A stretch of 55,954 nt of DNA. Origin: Octopus bimaculoides (lineage: Eukaryota). The stretch lies in NCBI RefSeq assembly GCF_001194135.2, contig NC_068982.1, positions 129,938,071-129,994,024 of the forward strand. The letters are read 5' to 3'. The position numbers and the translations under genes are program-made. This document shows, in pieces, positions 1-9,554 of the stretch. A model generated the notes under the pieces. The model was not told the DNA's origin and did not search any database. It saw only the letters and a list, made by a program, of their open reading frames with translations. Numbering within the stretch: position 1 is the stretch's first letter; each line of letters begins with the position of its first letter.

Positions 1-720
1 AGGACTCTTATTCTTGTTCTGTTGGACCTTGTAGACTTGCTTGGTTTTGGAACCGTATACAGTTTCTTTTGCAACCTTTGCTGCATCTTCAGTCTCGATG
101 GCAACTTGGACAGCACGGGCAAAATCTAGTTCTGTGTCTTTTATCTTAAAAGCGCCTTCAAAACCGCTTCATTATTGACCGAACATATGAATCTCTGTCT
201 CAGAGCTTCATCCTGTGGGTTGGTGATCGACGGAAAATCACAGGTAGCCGCATCCTGATGTATACGTGCTGCCAGCTCTTGGAGAGTTTCGCCTGGCTTC
301 CGCTGCATATCACTCCAAAACTTGAAACGCTCTCTCACAATGAAAAGTTTTGGGTCGAACTGTTCTTTCATGAAGTCAACGATTTCGTCCATTGTCAAGT
401 TGTTGATATCTTNNNNNNNNNNNNNNNNNNNNNNNNNNNNNNNNNNNNNNNNNNNNNNNNNNNNNNNNNNNNNNNNNNNNNNNNNNNNNNNNNNNNNNNN
501 NNNNNNNNNNNNNNNNNNNNNNNNNNNNNNNNNNNNNNNNNNNNNNNNNNNNNNNNNNNNNNNNNNNNNNNNNNNNNNNNNNNNNNNNNNNNNNNNNNNN
601 NNNNNNNNNNNNNNNNNNNNNNNNNNNNNNNNNNNNNNTTCCCTAAACAATTTAATAGGTTCTACTGTCTGTTTTTCAGCCATTGTTATTACGATGAATA
701 ATTTTACGGTAAAGTAAGCA
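1..720 (-). mobile_element. Ty3/Gypsy LTR retrotransposon gag region (interrupted by an N gap, one frameshift, runs off the window start)
   Basis: The minus-strand translation MAEKQTVEPIKLFRE..gap..EQFDPKLFIVRERFKFWSDMQRKPGETLQELAARIHQDAATCDF..DEALRQRFICSVNNEAVLKAL resembles retrotransposon gag. After a 1-nt loss near 148-151 the frame continues as IKDTELDFARAVQVAIETEDAAKVAKETVYG. It lies directly downstream of a PBS and LTR. Confidence 0.85.
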
Positions 721-723
721 TGT

Positions 724-742
724 AATCCTACCGGCGACGCCA
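724..742 (-). promoter_or_regulatory. Primer-binding site of the Gypsy element, tRNA-Ser-like
   Basis: The minus strand reads TGGCGTCGCCGGTAGGATT, 8 nt inside the LTR end. It starts with TGG (complement of tRNA CCA) and resembles the complement of metazoan tRNA-Ser 3' ends as recalled, not searched. Confidence 0.7.
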
Positions 743-750
743 ATAAACTC

Positions 751-1013
751 TGTTGTATTTCTCTCGGGAGACTCGCAGAGAAAAGACAACGAGTTGTACA
801 ATTTAATTATTACATTTATTATTCAATTACATACAAAGAACGCACTCACCGAAAGTTCGATGTTAATAAACAAGAGTCATGTCCGCCATATATATCAATG
901 ACATTTTACTACCACAGTCATTCAAAACAACAACAATGAAACAATGAACTCAGACGAACCACATTGAAACACGAGACGTCAGACGAATAACTAATCTAAC
1001 AGTCCCTATAACA
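751..1013 (-). mobile_element. 5' LTR of the Gypsy element (~263 bp)
   Basis: Bounded by TGTT...AACA inverted termini (TGTTGTATTT at 751, CCCTATAACA ending 1013). On the minus strand it has a TATA-like run (~888-894) and AATAAA (815-820), and it is adjacent to the PBS. Confidence 0.7.
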
Positions 1014-1635
1014 CAACCTGTCAGCAGCAAACGGCATAAACACTTATTAACATGTGTGTGGTCTTGATTATGAGTTGGAGCTGCGTCTCCTTCGCCAGGT
1101 TAGTGTTATACTTGACTGTATGTATACATGTTCAGTTGAGTTGCTGCAGTATGCTTTTCCCAACAACAATTACAATTAAAATGAGAATAACGTTGTTGCT
1201 GGTATGCAACCCTGCTTAACTCCTATTGTAATATGAAATTGGACTGAGCTGGAAATTTGAGTTCTCAAACCGATGTGCAAGGACTCTATCAATTAAGTAA
1301 AGTTTCCATATTTTGTATCTATGCAAGTGTCAGTATTAACTTGTGTTTAAAGTACGAACGCAATTATTTGTGCTCACATGTAGATTAATTTATTTAACCT
1401 TATTCGTGTTTGTTTCACCGTTCGTGTTCTAGTTGTTTAATCTTAGATCAATCTAGATCAAAATTATTCCAGCCATGACCATTTCATCTTTGTAGGAGTA
1501 TCTAGAGATGCAATATCTAATGTACCGTTGTTTAATTAAGAGAGTTGTGATTGACATATTTCACTGCTGTTTCCTGCAGGTTGTTACGATCAAGACAGTG
1601 GCTTCCTTATCGCCTCATTATTATTATTGTATATT

Positions 1636-1638
<3 letters not shown>

Positions 1639-1722
<84 letters not shown>
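1639..1722. repeat. (CA)n microsatellite, followed by degenerate CA/TA repeats up to the gap at ~1963
   Basis: Read directly. It explains the spurious poly-HT/VC ORFs at 1551-1858. Confidence 0.95.
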
Positions 1723-1724
<2 letters not shown>

Positions 1725-2526
1725 GCATACACATGCGTACACATACTCACACACAAGCGCAGGCATACAAACACACACAAGTATATATGCACATTCATAT
1801 ACATAATAATATATATATAAAATACATATAAAATATACTTATATAATACTATAAACATTTATATAATATATGAAATATATGTATAATACATGTATAAATA
1901 CGTACACCCATACACACACATGTATATGTATGTATACATACATTCATATATATATATATATANNNNNNNNNNNNNNNNNNNNNNNNNNNNNNNNNNNNNN
2001 NNNNNNNNNNNNNNNNNNNNNNNNNNNNNNNNNNNNNNNNNNNNNNNNNNNNNNNNNNNNNNNNNNNNNNNNNNNNNNNNNNNNNNNNNNNNNNNNNNNN
2101 NNNNNNNNNNNNNNNNNNNNNNNNNNNNNNNNNNNNNNNNNNNNNNNNNNNNNNNNNNNNNNNNNNNNNNNNNNNNNNNNNNNNNNNNNNNNNNNNNNNN
2201 NNNNNNNNNNNNNNNNNNNNNNNNNNNNNNNNNNNNNNNNNNNNNNNNNNNNNNNNNNNNNNNNNNNNNNNNNNNNNNNNNNNNNNNNNNNNNNNNNNNN
2301 NNNNNNNNNNNNNNNNNNNNNNNNNNNNNNNNNNNNNNNNNNNNNNNNNNNNNNNNNNNNNNNNNNNNNNNNNNNNNNNNNNNNNNNNNNNNNNNNNNNN
2401 NNNNNNNNNNNNNNNNNNNNNNNNNNNNNNNNNNNNNNNNNNNNNNNNNNNNNNNNNNNNNNNNNNNNNNNNNNNNNNNNNNNNNNNNNNNNNNNNNNNN
2501 NNNNNNNNNNNNNNNNNNNNNNNNNN

Positions 2527-2558
<32 letters not shown>

Positions 2559-2725
2559 TGTGTATGTGCGTGCGTGTATGTACATATATACATATTTAGA
2601 TATATGCGACCGTATGCAGAAGTTCATACATGCAGATACAGATATCAGTTTGAGTGTGGTTTCAAACAGGTGCGTGTGTGTACGTTATGGATAGACTGTA
2701 CAGAATTATACGCTTGAATGTATGA

Positions 2726-2756
<31 letters not shown>

Positions 2757-2983
2757 CTCTCGCGCGCGCGTGTTGTATGTGTAATGTTCGTTTGAGCAAC
2801 GACTGTATATTTACAGCTTTGTACAAGTACACACGGACATGTTTGATCTAGGGGGCTGCATTCCTGAGTTTTCTCATGTTGATTTATTATGGATTGGTTT
2901 TGTTTAACATCCTTCAAGAAAGGAAGAGTCCGCCGTTTATTTATACAAACAAACATCCATATATGTGGGTATGAATGTAAGAG

Positions 2984-2990
2984 TATAAAG
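2984..2990 (+). promoter_or_regulatory. Candidate TATA box of gene A
   Basis: TATAAAG 167 nt upstream of the ATG at 3151. A second candidate, TATAAG, is at 3026-3031. There is no transcript evidence. Confidence 0.35.
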
Positions 2991-3150
2991 CTCTGTGTGT
3001 GCGCGCGCGTGCCTGCGTACGTGTGTATAAGCTGCATCACAAATACAAGTGCTTTTTCATCGAGCCGCCCAGACGTCTTTTTGAAATCCGAGAAGGTACT
3101 TTTGCCGAGCAAGCGCCTTCTTTAAACGAAGTTTACCATTAAAGGATAAA

Positions 3151-3220
3151 ATGATGGCTGTGAATACAGTAGTCTTTACATTCGGACTTCTCATGCTCAG
3201 CTTCCAAGTGGTAGTAGCAA
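3151..3220 (+). CDS. Gene A (Ly6/uPAR three-finger, quiver/sleepless-like, GPI-anchored), coding exon 1: signal peptide
   Basis: ATG at 3151 encodes MMAVNTVVFTFGLLMLSFQVVVA, a hydrophobic signal peptide ending V-V-A. It is followed by the phase-1 donor A|GTAAGT at 3221 and joins exon 2 in frame (AAG, Lys). Confidence 0.85.
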
Positions 3221-3498
3221 GTAAGTGTAAATGTAGAGTGCATTAATTATTCCTCAATACTGATTTCGACAATTCCTCTTATTTGTTGAATCATATATGT
3301 ATGTATATAGATCNNNNNNNNNNNNNNNNNNNNNNNNNNNNNNNNNNNNNNNNNNNNNNNNNNNNNNNNNNNNNNNNNNNNNNNNNNNNNNNNNNNNNNN
3401 NNNNNNNNNNNNNNNNNNNNNNNNNNNNNNTAATGTTACCTTAGTGTTTGAGAGCTACTATAATATTTTGCACTCGTATATAAGGATATCACCGTATG

Positions 3499-3529
<31 letters not shown>

Positions 3530-3854
3530 GCATGTCTTTTCTTCTCTTTCATTTTAGAGTAAATTTTGATCGGCCACCGACTGCTAAGTCGGAGGCCGAT
3601 CAAGCAAGATTGTCAAGAAAAGTATCTTTTTTAACCATCATCTATTAAATCTCAAGAAGGTCTTGCAGATTTTCATTGCCCCAGATATCGTGATCATTCG
3701 TAGTGTATGAATTAAGGATTTACGTTCTCTCTCCGAGATACCAAGTTCAACTAAACTTTATTCTCTAGACGGGTTCGTATGTATCCTCTTGCTTCAATAA
3801 TAATATGTATGTTTGCATGTCTGCATATTTATATGTATGTTTATAATATATATC

Positions 3855-4090
3855 ATATCAGGCCACGACTAACTCAATAGCACCACCTGGAAAAGTCTTT
3901 TAGTTAATTAGTTCAGGATACCATAGACCACTCAAGCAGAGAGTTGTTGTTGGTTGAGATGTATCCAGGTGTAGGTGGTTTATCCGGTATTTCCTGGAGG
4001 AATTTGTCCAGGTACCGTTTGAAAGTTGTGGGATCTTTTTCTACTTTAATTTCTTTCGGGATAACAACATTGAAAAGTGCAGGACCATTT
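3855..4090 (-). mobile_element. 5'-truncated CR1/L2-type LINE 3' end (ORF2 C-terminus plus 3' UTR)
   Basis: Minus-strand translation GPALFNVVIPKEIKVEKDPTTFKRYLDKFLQEIPDKPPTPGYISTNNNSLLEW* matches the typical post-RT tail (GPxLFNxLP..FKxxLDxFL..IPDxP..GY). It is embedded in TA/TATG repeats. Confidence 0.7.
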
Positions 4091-4399
4091 ATATATATAT
4101 ATATATATAATATAAATTGATATAATATAATATATATATGTATGTTTATAATATGCATATATCATATCATATCATATCATATGTATGTATGTATGTGTGT
4201 ATGTATGTATGTATGTGTGTATTATAATGGAATAGTTAGTATAAAGCATTGTGTGGAGTATATTTTATAAAATTCGTGAGTAAGGCCGGAACAATGCGAA
4301 ATAAATCCAGGGCAAATCACAAGAAAACAGGCATATGAATTAATGGTGACTTACCTTGCATTCAGTATTCCAGAGTTATGAACCCTCTTCAGGAATTAG

Positions 4400-4590
4400 C
4401 CGCTAGCACACTAGGAATACTGCTTAGCGGCATTTCGTCCATCTTTATATTCTGAATTCAAATTCCGCTTAAGTTGACTTTGTCTTTCATCTTTTCGGAG
4501 TCGATAAAATAAGTACTAGTTGAACCCTGGGGTTGATGTTATTGACTTACTCCCTTCCCCGAACTTGCTCATCTTGTACCAAAATTTCAA
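4400..4590 (+). mobile_element. SINE, family 2 (core GTTCTGAGTTCAAATTCCGCC..GACTTTGCCTTTCATCCTTTCGGGGTCGATAAA)
   Basis: Shares the family core with more than 10 other copies in the window. Ends are approximate. Confidence 0.6.
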
Positions 4591-7186
4591 ACCGATATTT
4601 TGAAATCGTTTTAAATAAGGAAGGTCTTGCATGATAGACGTATTTCCTATTATATATTACACAGACCTGAATGGTACTTATTAAATGATTTCAAGATATC
4701 ATTATTTGGTTTTCAAGAACGACGTATTGGCATTTAGGAAATCAACTGAATGATATACACATTGAGTGGCTGAATATTCCACTCACATATATAATCTTAA
4801 TGTGATTCTCATGTATAATCACTTTTGGCACAAGATGGAGTATATCTTCCGATTACCGCTGCAGTCAAACCGATGAATTTCTATGCAAATTCCCTCAAAA
4901 TTTCGAGTCAAACTCCGGCAATGGCTAAAGGCATTTGTCTCCAATACCGTGTACTTAAATGGAACCCACGAACTCAGGGTTGCATTTCGGACTTCTTAAC
5001 CATTAAGCAATATTAAAAGAAAGAAGCAATTTATACAAGCACTGAAAGTGAGATCATCAGTTGCATGATATTTTGTCGTTAGAGGATTATGTATTGTGAT
5101 GTTCATGCCTTTTCTATTATATTAGTGGAATATATGTATGAAGTACTATCGCTCTCTTAATCTCTCTCTCTCTCTCCACTCCACCTTATTATAAGCATAC
5201 ATGCACACATATAATCTAGAACTAAATTTGGTGTCGAATAACAAAATTGTTGTTCGGATGCTTGCGCGCGTATGTTTGAGGCATTGTGTTTAAAACGCAA
5301 TGCCTCAAACTGGCTGAATCTTGTTTAGGATTATTAATATTAATTATTCATGTAACCGTATTTCGTCCATCTTTACCTTCTGAGCACAAATACCCAGAAG
5401 TCGATTTTTGCGTTTCATTCTTTCGGGGTGGAGCAATTAAGTACCAGTTGATAAGATACAGGTATTTTTTTCTTTAGAACAAATTCTTTGTTGACCAGTG
5501 TTCTTCTTATCGTAGTTTACAAATCCAAGCATGAAAACGTTACTCAACTTTGGAGTTTTGGAGACAGACACCTTATTTTCACCCCACCCCCACACAAACA
5601 CCCCCCACACAAACACCCCCCACACAAACACACACACACACACATACACACTAAAATACGCATAAAGTAAATACATGCAGATAAATATATTAATATAACA
5701 CATTTTTAAAAATACTAAAAAAAAAAATACAATCAATGAAGAATCAAAAGAAACATTAAGATGATACGTGTTTATTGTATTAGGTACTTTTGTTTATTCA
5801 GAAACCTACAATGAAATTAGGTATTTCTGTTTATTTAGAAACCTAAAATGAACAGGTCAGACGCTAAATATAAATTTTACAGGGTACAACCCTAAAGTTG
5901 ACACCGCTCCGCTAAACGCAGAAAATTTCTGTCTCGCTATTGGCTAAAAGTACCCAGTTTTTTTCGATTTTTAAACCTCTGTAACTTTTTTCTCCATTTT
6001 TTTCTTCACATCATACTTTCAAAGCAATGAGACTGGAAGGCTACATTATTATAGCCGATTTTCAGATTTTTTACTTCCTTTCAAAAAAATGCATATTTTG
6101 CGAATGAAAAAAAATTAGATCCCGAACCGCTAATTAACGGGGACGTAAACATACCAGCATCAGTTGTCAAGCAATGGTGGTGGGGACAAACACAGACACA
6201 CAGACACAGACACACACAACAGACACACATGCAGACACACACACACACACTCTCTCTCCCGCACACACAAAATTCAATTGTTTGCTCTTTCGCGATTAAA
6301 AACATTAATCTTGATTAAAAAATAACTGGAGAATGGAAGCTACGTTACTGAAGTGTTTCTAAAAGTCTTTATTGGTGTAATTGAAATACTTATTATTAGT
6401 AATGAAACTGTTATCTCCAGTTGGCCACCTGCTATTANNNNNNNNNNNNNNNNNNNNNNNNNNNNNNNNNNNNNNNNNNNNNNNNNNNNNNNNNNNNNNN
6501 NNNNNNNNNNNNNNNNNNNNNNNNNNNNNNNNNNNNNNNNNNNNNNNNNNNNNNNNNNNNNNNNNNNNNNNNNNNNNNNNNNNNNNNNNNNNNNNNNNNN
6601 NNNNNNNNNNNNNNNNNNNNNNNNNNNNNNNNNNNNNNNNNNNNNNNNNNNNNNNNNNNNNATATATACACACATACACACACATGCGCGCGTACACACA
6701 AAGACACACAGACACACACACACACACTCTCTCTCCCGCACACACAAAATTCAATTGTTTGCTCTTTCGCGATTAAAAACATTAATCTTGATTAAAAAAT
6801 AACTGGAGAATGGAAGCTACGTTACTGAAGTGTTTCTAAAAGTCTTTATTGGTGTAATTGAAATACTTATTATTAGTAATGAAACTGTTATCTCCAGTTG
6901 GCCACCTGCTATTAAGTGATTACTTCAATATCCCGAACCAGCGAAGAAAATGAACCTCGATGAAGCGTCTTGACTAGTTACTTGACTAGGTAGCAATAAG
7001 TGCTAAATTTCTCTCATATCACAATATATTCTCTGCAAAGAGGGAAGAATATATTTAAGGAAAAGGTGACATGGGCGAAGGTGGAATGTCTTTGAATACA
7101 AGTTTGCATGAACAGGACTGATTTGGTCTAGCAACACAGCATCAACAATTAATACCACTAATTAGAGTTCTGGTGTTTGTTTCTAG

Positions 7187-7360
7187 AGGATAGTGAAAAC
7201 TTTACCAAACAATGCTTCTCTTGCCAAAGTATGCTGGGAAACGGGCAGAAGAATGAAAACTGTCCTGGTGATGGAAAGCTGAAAACGTTGGCGACGATCT
7301 ACAGAGAAAATTGTACAGAAGGAGTATGTCTTACCAGAACTATAGTACAACAGAAAGGCG
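7187..7360 (+). CDS. Gene A coding exon 2: LU domain Cys1-Cys5
   Basis: Acceptor tttgtttctag|, donor |gtaagt, 174 nt, phase 1-1. Translation: (K)DSENFTKQCFSCQSMLGNGQKNENCPGDGKLKTLATIYRENCTEGVCLTRTIVQQKG. Confidence 0.92.
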
Positions 7361-7397
7361 GTAAGTATTGCTTTCAATATTAATTATGGTTCTAGAG

Positions 7398-7914
7398 CAG
7401 GGTTGGGGAAACTTTTAAGTGCGGCAGGCAAAAATTTCCAAAGATAAAGGTCTGTGGGCTAATTTTATATTTGTGTAAATCTTGTATATATTTATGTATA
7501 ATTCGATATACATTAATAAAGATAAGTTTAACACGTTAAATTAACGCGTAACATCTTCATTAACACCGCCACTGAATTTATGACGTTTGTATTAATTATG
7601 AGGTATTCTATATTTTCCAGCTTGAGTGTAGTTGGGTCTCAAGGGGGTGGTATAAACCTATCAATATGTGTTTTATAGTGCAAACAGAATTTCCATTCAA
7701 ATAGCAATTACCGGACGATTTTCTGTTTGAGTTTAACCGTTTTAAGCCGAAGTGGAAACGCGACCTATGTCGCAAGAGGCGTACGAATATTGTATAAATT
7801 TTATAATTGAAAAATTGACTATATTCTGTACATACGAATATTCCAGCCTGTGGGTGCAATAAAATGGGCTTGTGGGCGCAATTGCGCCCGCGGGCGGGGG
7901 TTTCCCCACCCCTG
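7398..7914. mobile_element. Non-autonomous hAT (Charlie-like) DNA transposon / MITE
   Basis: Terminal inverted repeats CAGGGTTGGGGAAAC (7398-7412) and GTTTCCCCACCCCTG (7900-7914) match at 14/15. The left flank TTCTAGAG fits the NTCTAGAN Charlie target. The right target-site copy is not recognisable. Confidence 0.6.
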
Positions 7915-8172
7915 GATGGAGCTTGATTGTTTCCTGTACAGATATCTAAATGTATCTGTACATAGCTCCTGTCTATGTAACGTAAAACAGATGAAAAATA
8001 CATTGTCTGCTGTAATTTTCCCGGGGCGGCATTACTCATTATGTGGAAGATTTGAAGAGTCTATGACTATCTCTGGAACATAAATGATGTATGTTCCCAG
8101 CGTAAACGAAATCGGATGAAAAATATTGATTTTTAAGCGAGATCAAAAGCCTGCGCGCGCGCACACACACAC

Positions 8173-8212
<40 letters not shown>

Positions 8213-8217
8213 CAAAC

Positions 8218-8365
8218 AACGGCATTTCGTCCGACTCGTACTTAGTTCAAATTCCATCAAGGTCGAATTTGCTTTCGGGGCGCTAAAATAAGTACCAATT
8301 GAGCACTGGGAACGATGTAATCGATTAGCACCTTTCCCTTAAAATTTTTGGTTATAGTAGAAACG
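8218..8365 (+). mobile_element. SINE family 2, partial copy
   Basis: CGGCATTTCGTC..GTTCAAATTCC..AAGGTCGAATTTGC..AAGTACCAATTGAGCACTGGG matches the family core. Confidence 0.55.
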
Positions 8366-9191
8366 ACTGTGACCTGGTTTATGAAGCATAGACTTCACCG
8401 TACATTCTGATGTTTGAATGAGAGACTCACTAAACAAAGGTATAAAAATAAACACTTGTAGATTTTGGAGTCTAGAATTGCGTAGAGAATAAATTACACA
8501 AAGACACCATCCGCATAATAAGTGTTGCTTTTAACACATTAAACATAGGAAGCCGTAACAAGCTACCTGGAAATAAGTATACAGTGAAGAAGAAAAAACA
8601 AGACAAGTAATGGATTCGTATGATTTTAATTTTATCGGTACTTACACAAGACATTTTCGAACATGTTTTGGTCTAATCGTTGAAATCCTCAGTGAATCAC
8701 AAACATTACCGCACGTACGAATGTAGAAATAAGAGAATCAATAAGTAGATCTACAAGAATATTCTGCTGCGCTAAATCGTAAAAGCATGTTATTTCATAT
8801 TGTACTGCTGCTCTGAGTTGATCCAAAATTTTGTTTAGCCAAAGTTTAGCCAATATTTTGATCCACTGAAAAGAATTGCATTCATGTTTTTGGTTAACGC
8901 TGTTTTTCTAATTTTTATCTTATTCGAAGGAGATGCTAACAACTATTTAAATTCTTACCTCCGGCATTGAATCCAAGCCACCGCATCATACTTGTTCCCT
9001 CTGTACTATTAGTGAACATTGTGAATTAGATCTTCCTCTAAGCCACAAATTGCATGAGTTACACAACTATAATGAATTTATTATCTACAAATGTGTGTAT
9101 AAAAGATACATACAATCTATATTTTTCCCACGGCTTGCTTAAAAGTTCTGATACTGTTTCTGAACATTGTTCATATTTTCAATCTTCACAG

Positions 9192-9320
9192 TGGTGGCCC
9201 GAGGATGTTCAAAGCACATATATAAGTTTCCAAAACTGCTTCCAGAAGAGGGCTGTTATAAATATTACATGGACGTGATTTGTTTTTGTAGAAAGCATCT
9301 TTGCAATAGGATGGCTCTAG
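9192..9320 (+). CDS. Gene A coding exon 3: LU domain Cys6-Cys10
   Basis: Acceptor atcttcacag|, donor |gtaagt, 129 nt, phase 1-1. Translation: (V)VARGCSKHIYKFPKLLPEEGCYKYYMDVICFCRKHLCNRMAL, containing the RGC and CxCxxxxCN hallmarks of LU/QVR domains. Confidence 0.93.
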
Positions 9321-9418
9321 GTAAGTAACCACAGTATATTTCTTCATTTACCATAACAAAATATGAACGTTGAATGGGTTTAGCTTGATTTTCAGGATCA
9401 TTAATCTCAATCTATGTA

Positions 9419-9554
9419 TAGTGGCGTAGTTAGTGTATGTGCTGCCCGGGGCAGCCCTTCAGTTTGCTGATCCTCACGCCGTTCCCACTGAAAGCTTGTA
9501 GAGCAGATCTAAAAGCACCGCTCCCGTAAAAGCGTCGCTCAGGCTACGCTACTG
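9419..9554. mobile_element. Short hAT-like MITE (136 bp)
   Basis: Termini TAGTGGCGTAG...CTACGCTACTG are inverted repeats. They are flanked by an 8-bp direct repeat, TCTATGTA (9411-9418) and CCTATGTA (9555-9562), matching at 7/8. Confidence 0.6.

Noticed and set aside
1551-2717. Long ORFs made of X, YI, HT or VC runs here and at other gaps and microsatellites
   Set aside because: They result from N gaps and simple repeats lacking stop codons.
4270-4400. Minus-strand CTGAAGAG plus hairpin resembling a Penelope-type hammerhead, with similar hints at 15310-15440
   Set aside because: The required GAAA core is degenerate or misplaced, so a ribozyme fold cannot be supported by eye.
6243-6914. Identical ~200-bp sequence on both sides of the N gap (6243-6437 and about 6720-6914)
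   Set aside because: Perfect identity, position at contig ends and differing adjacent CA tracts point to uncollapsed haplotype overlap in the assembly, not a real tandem duplication.
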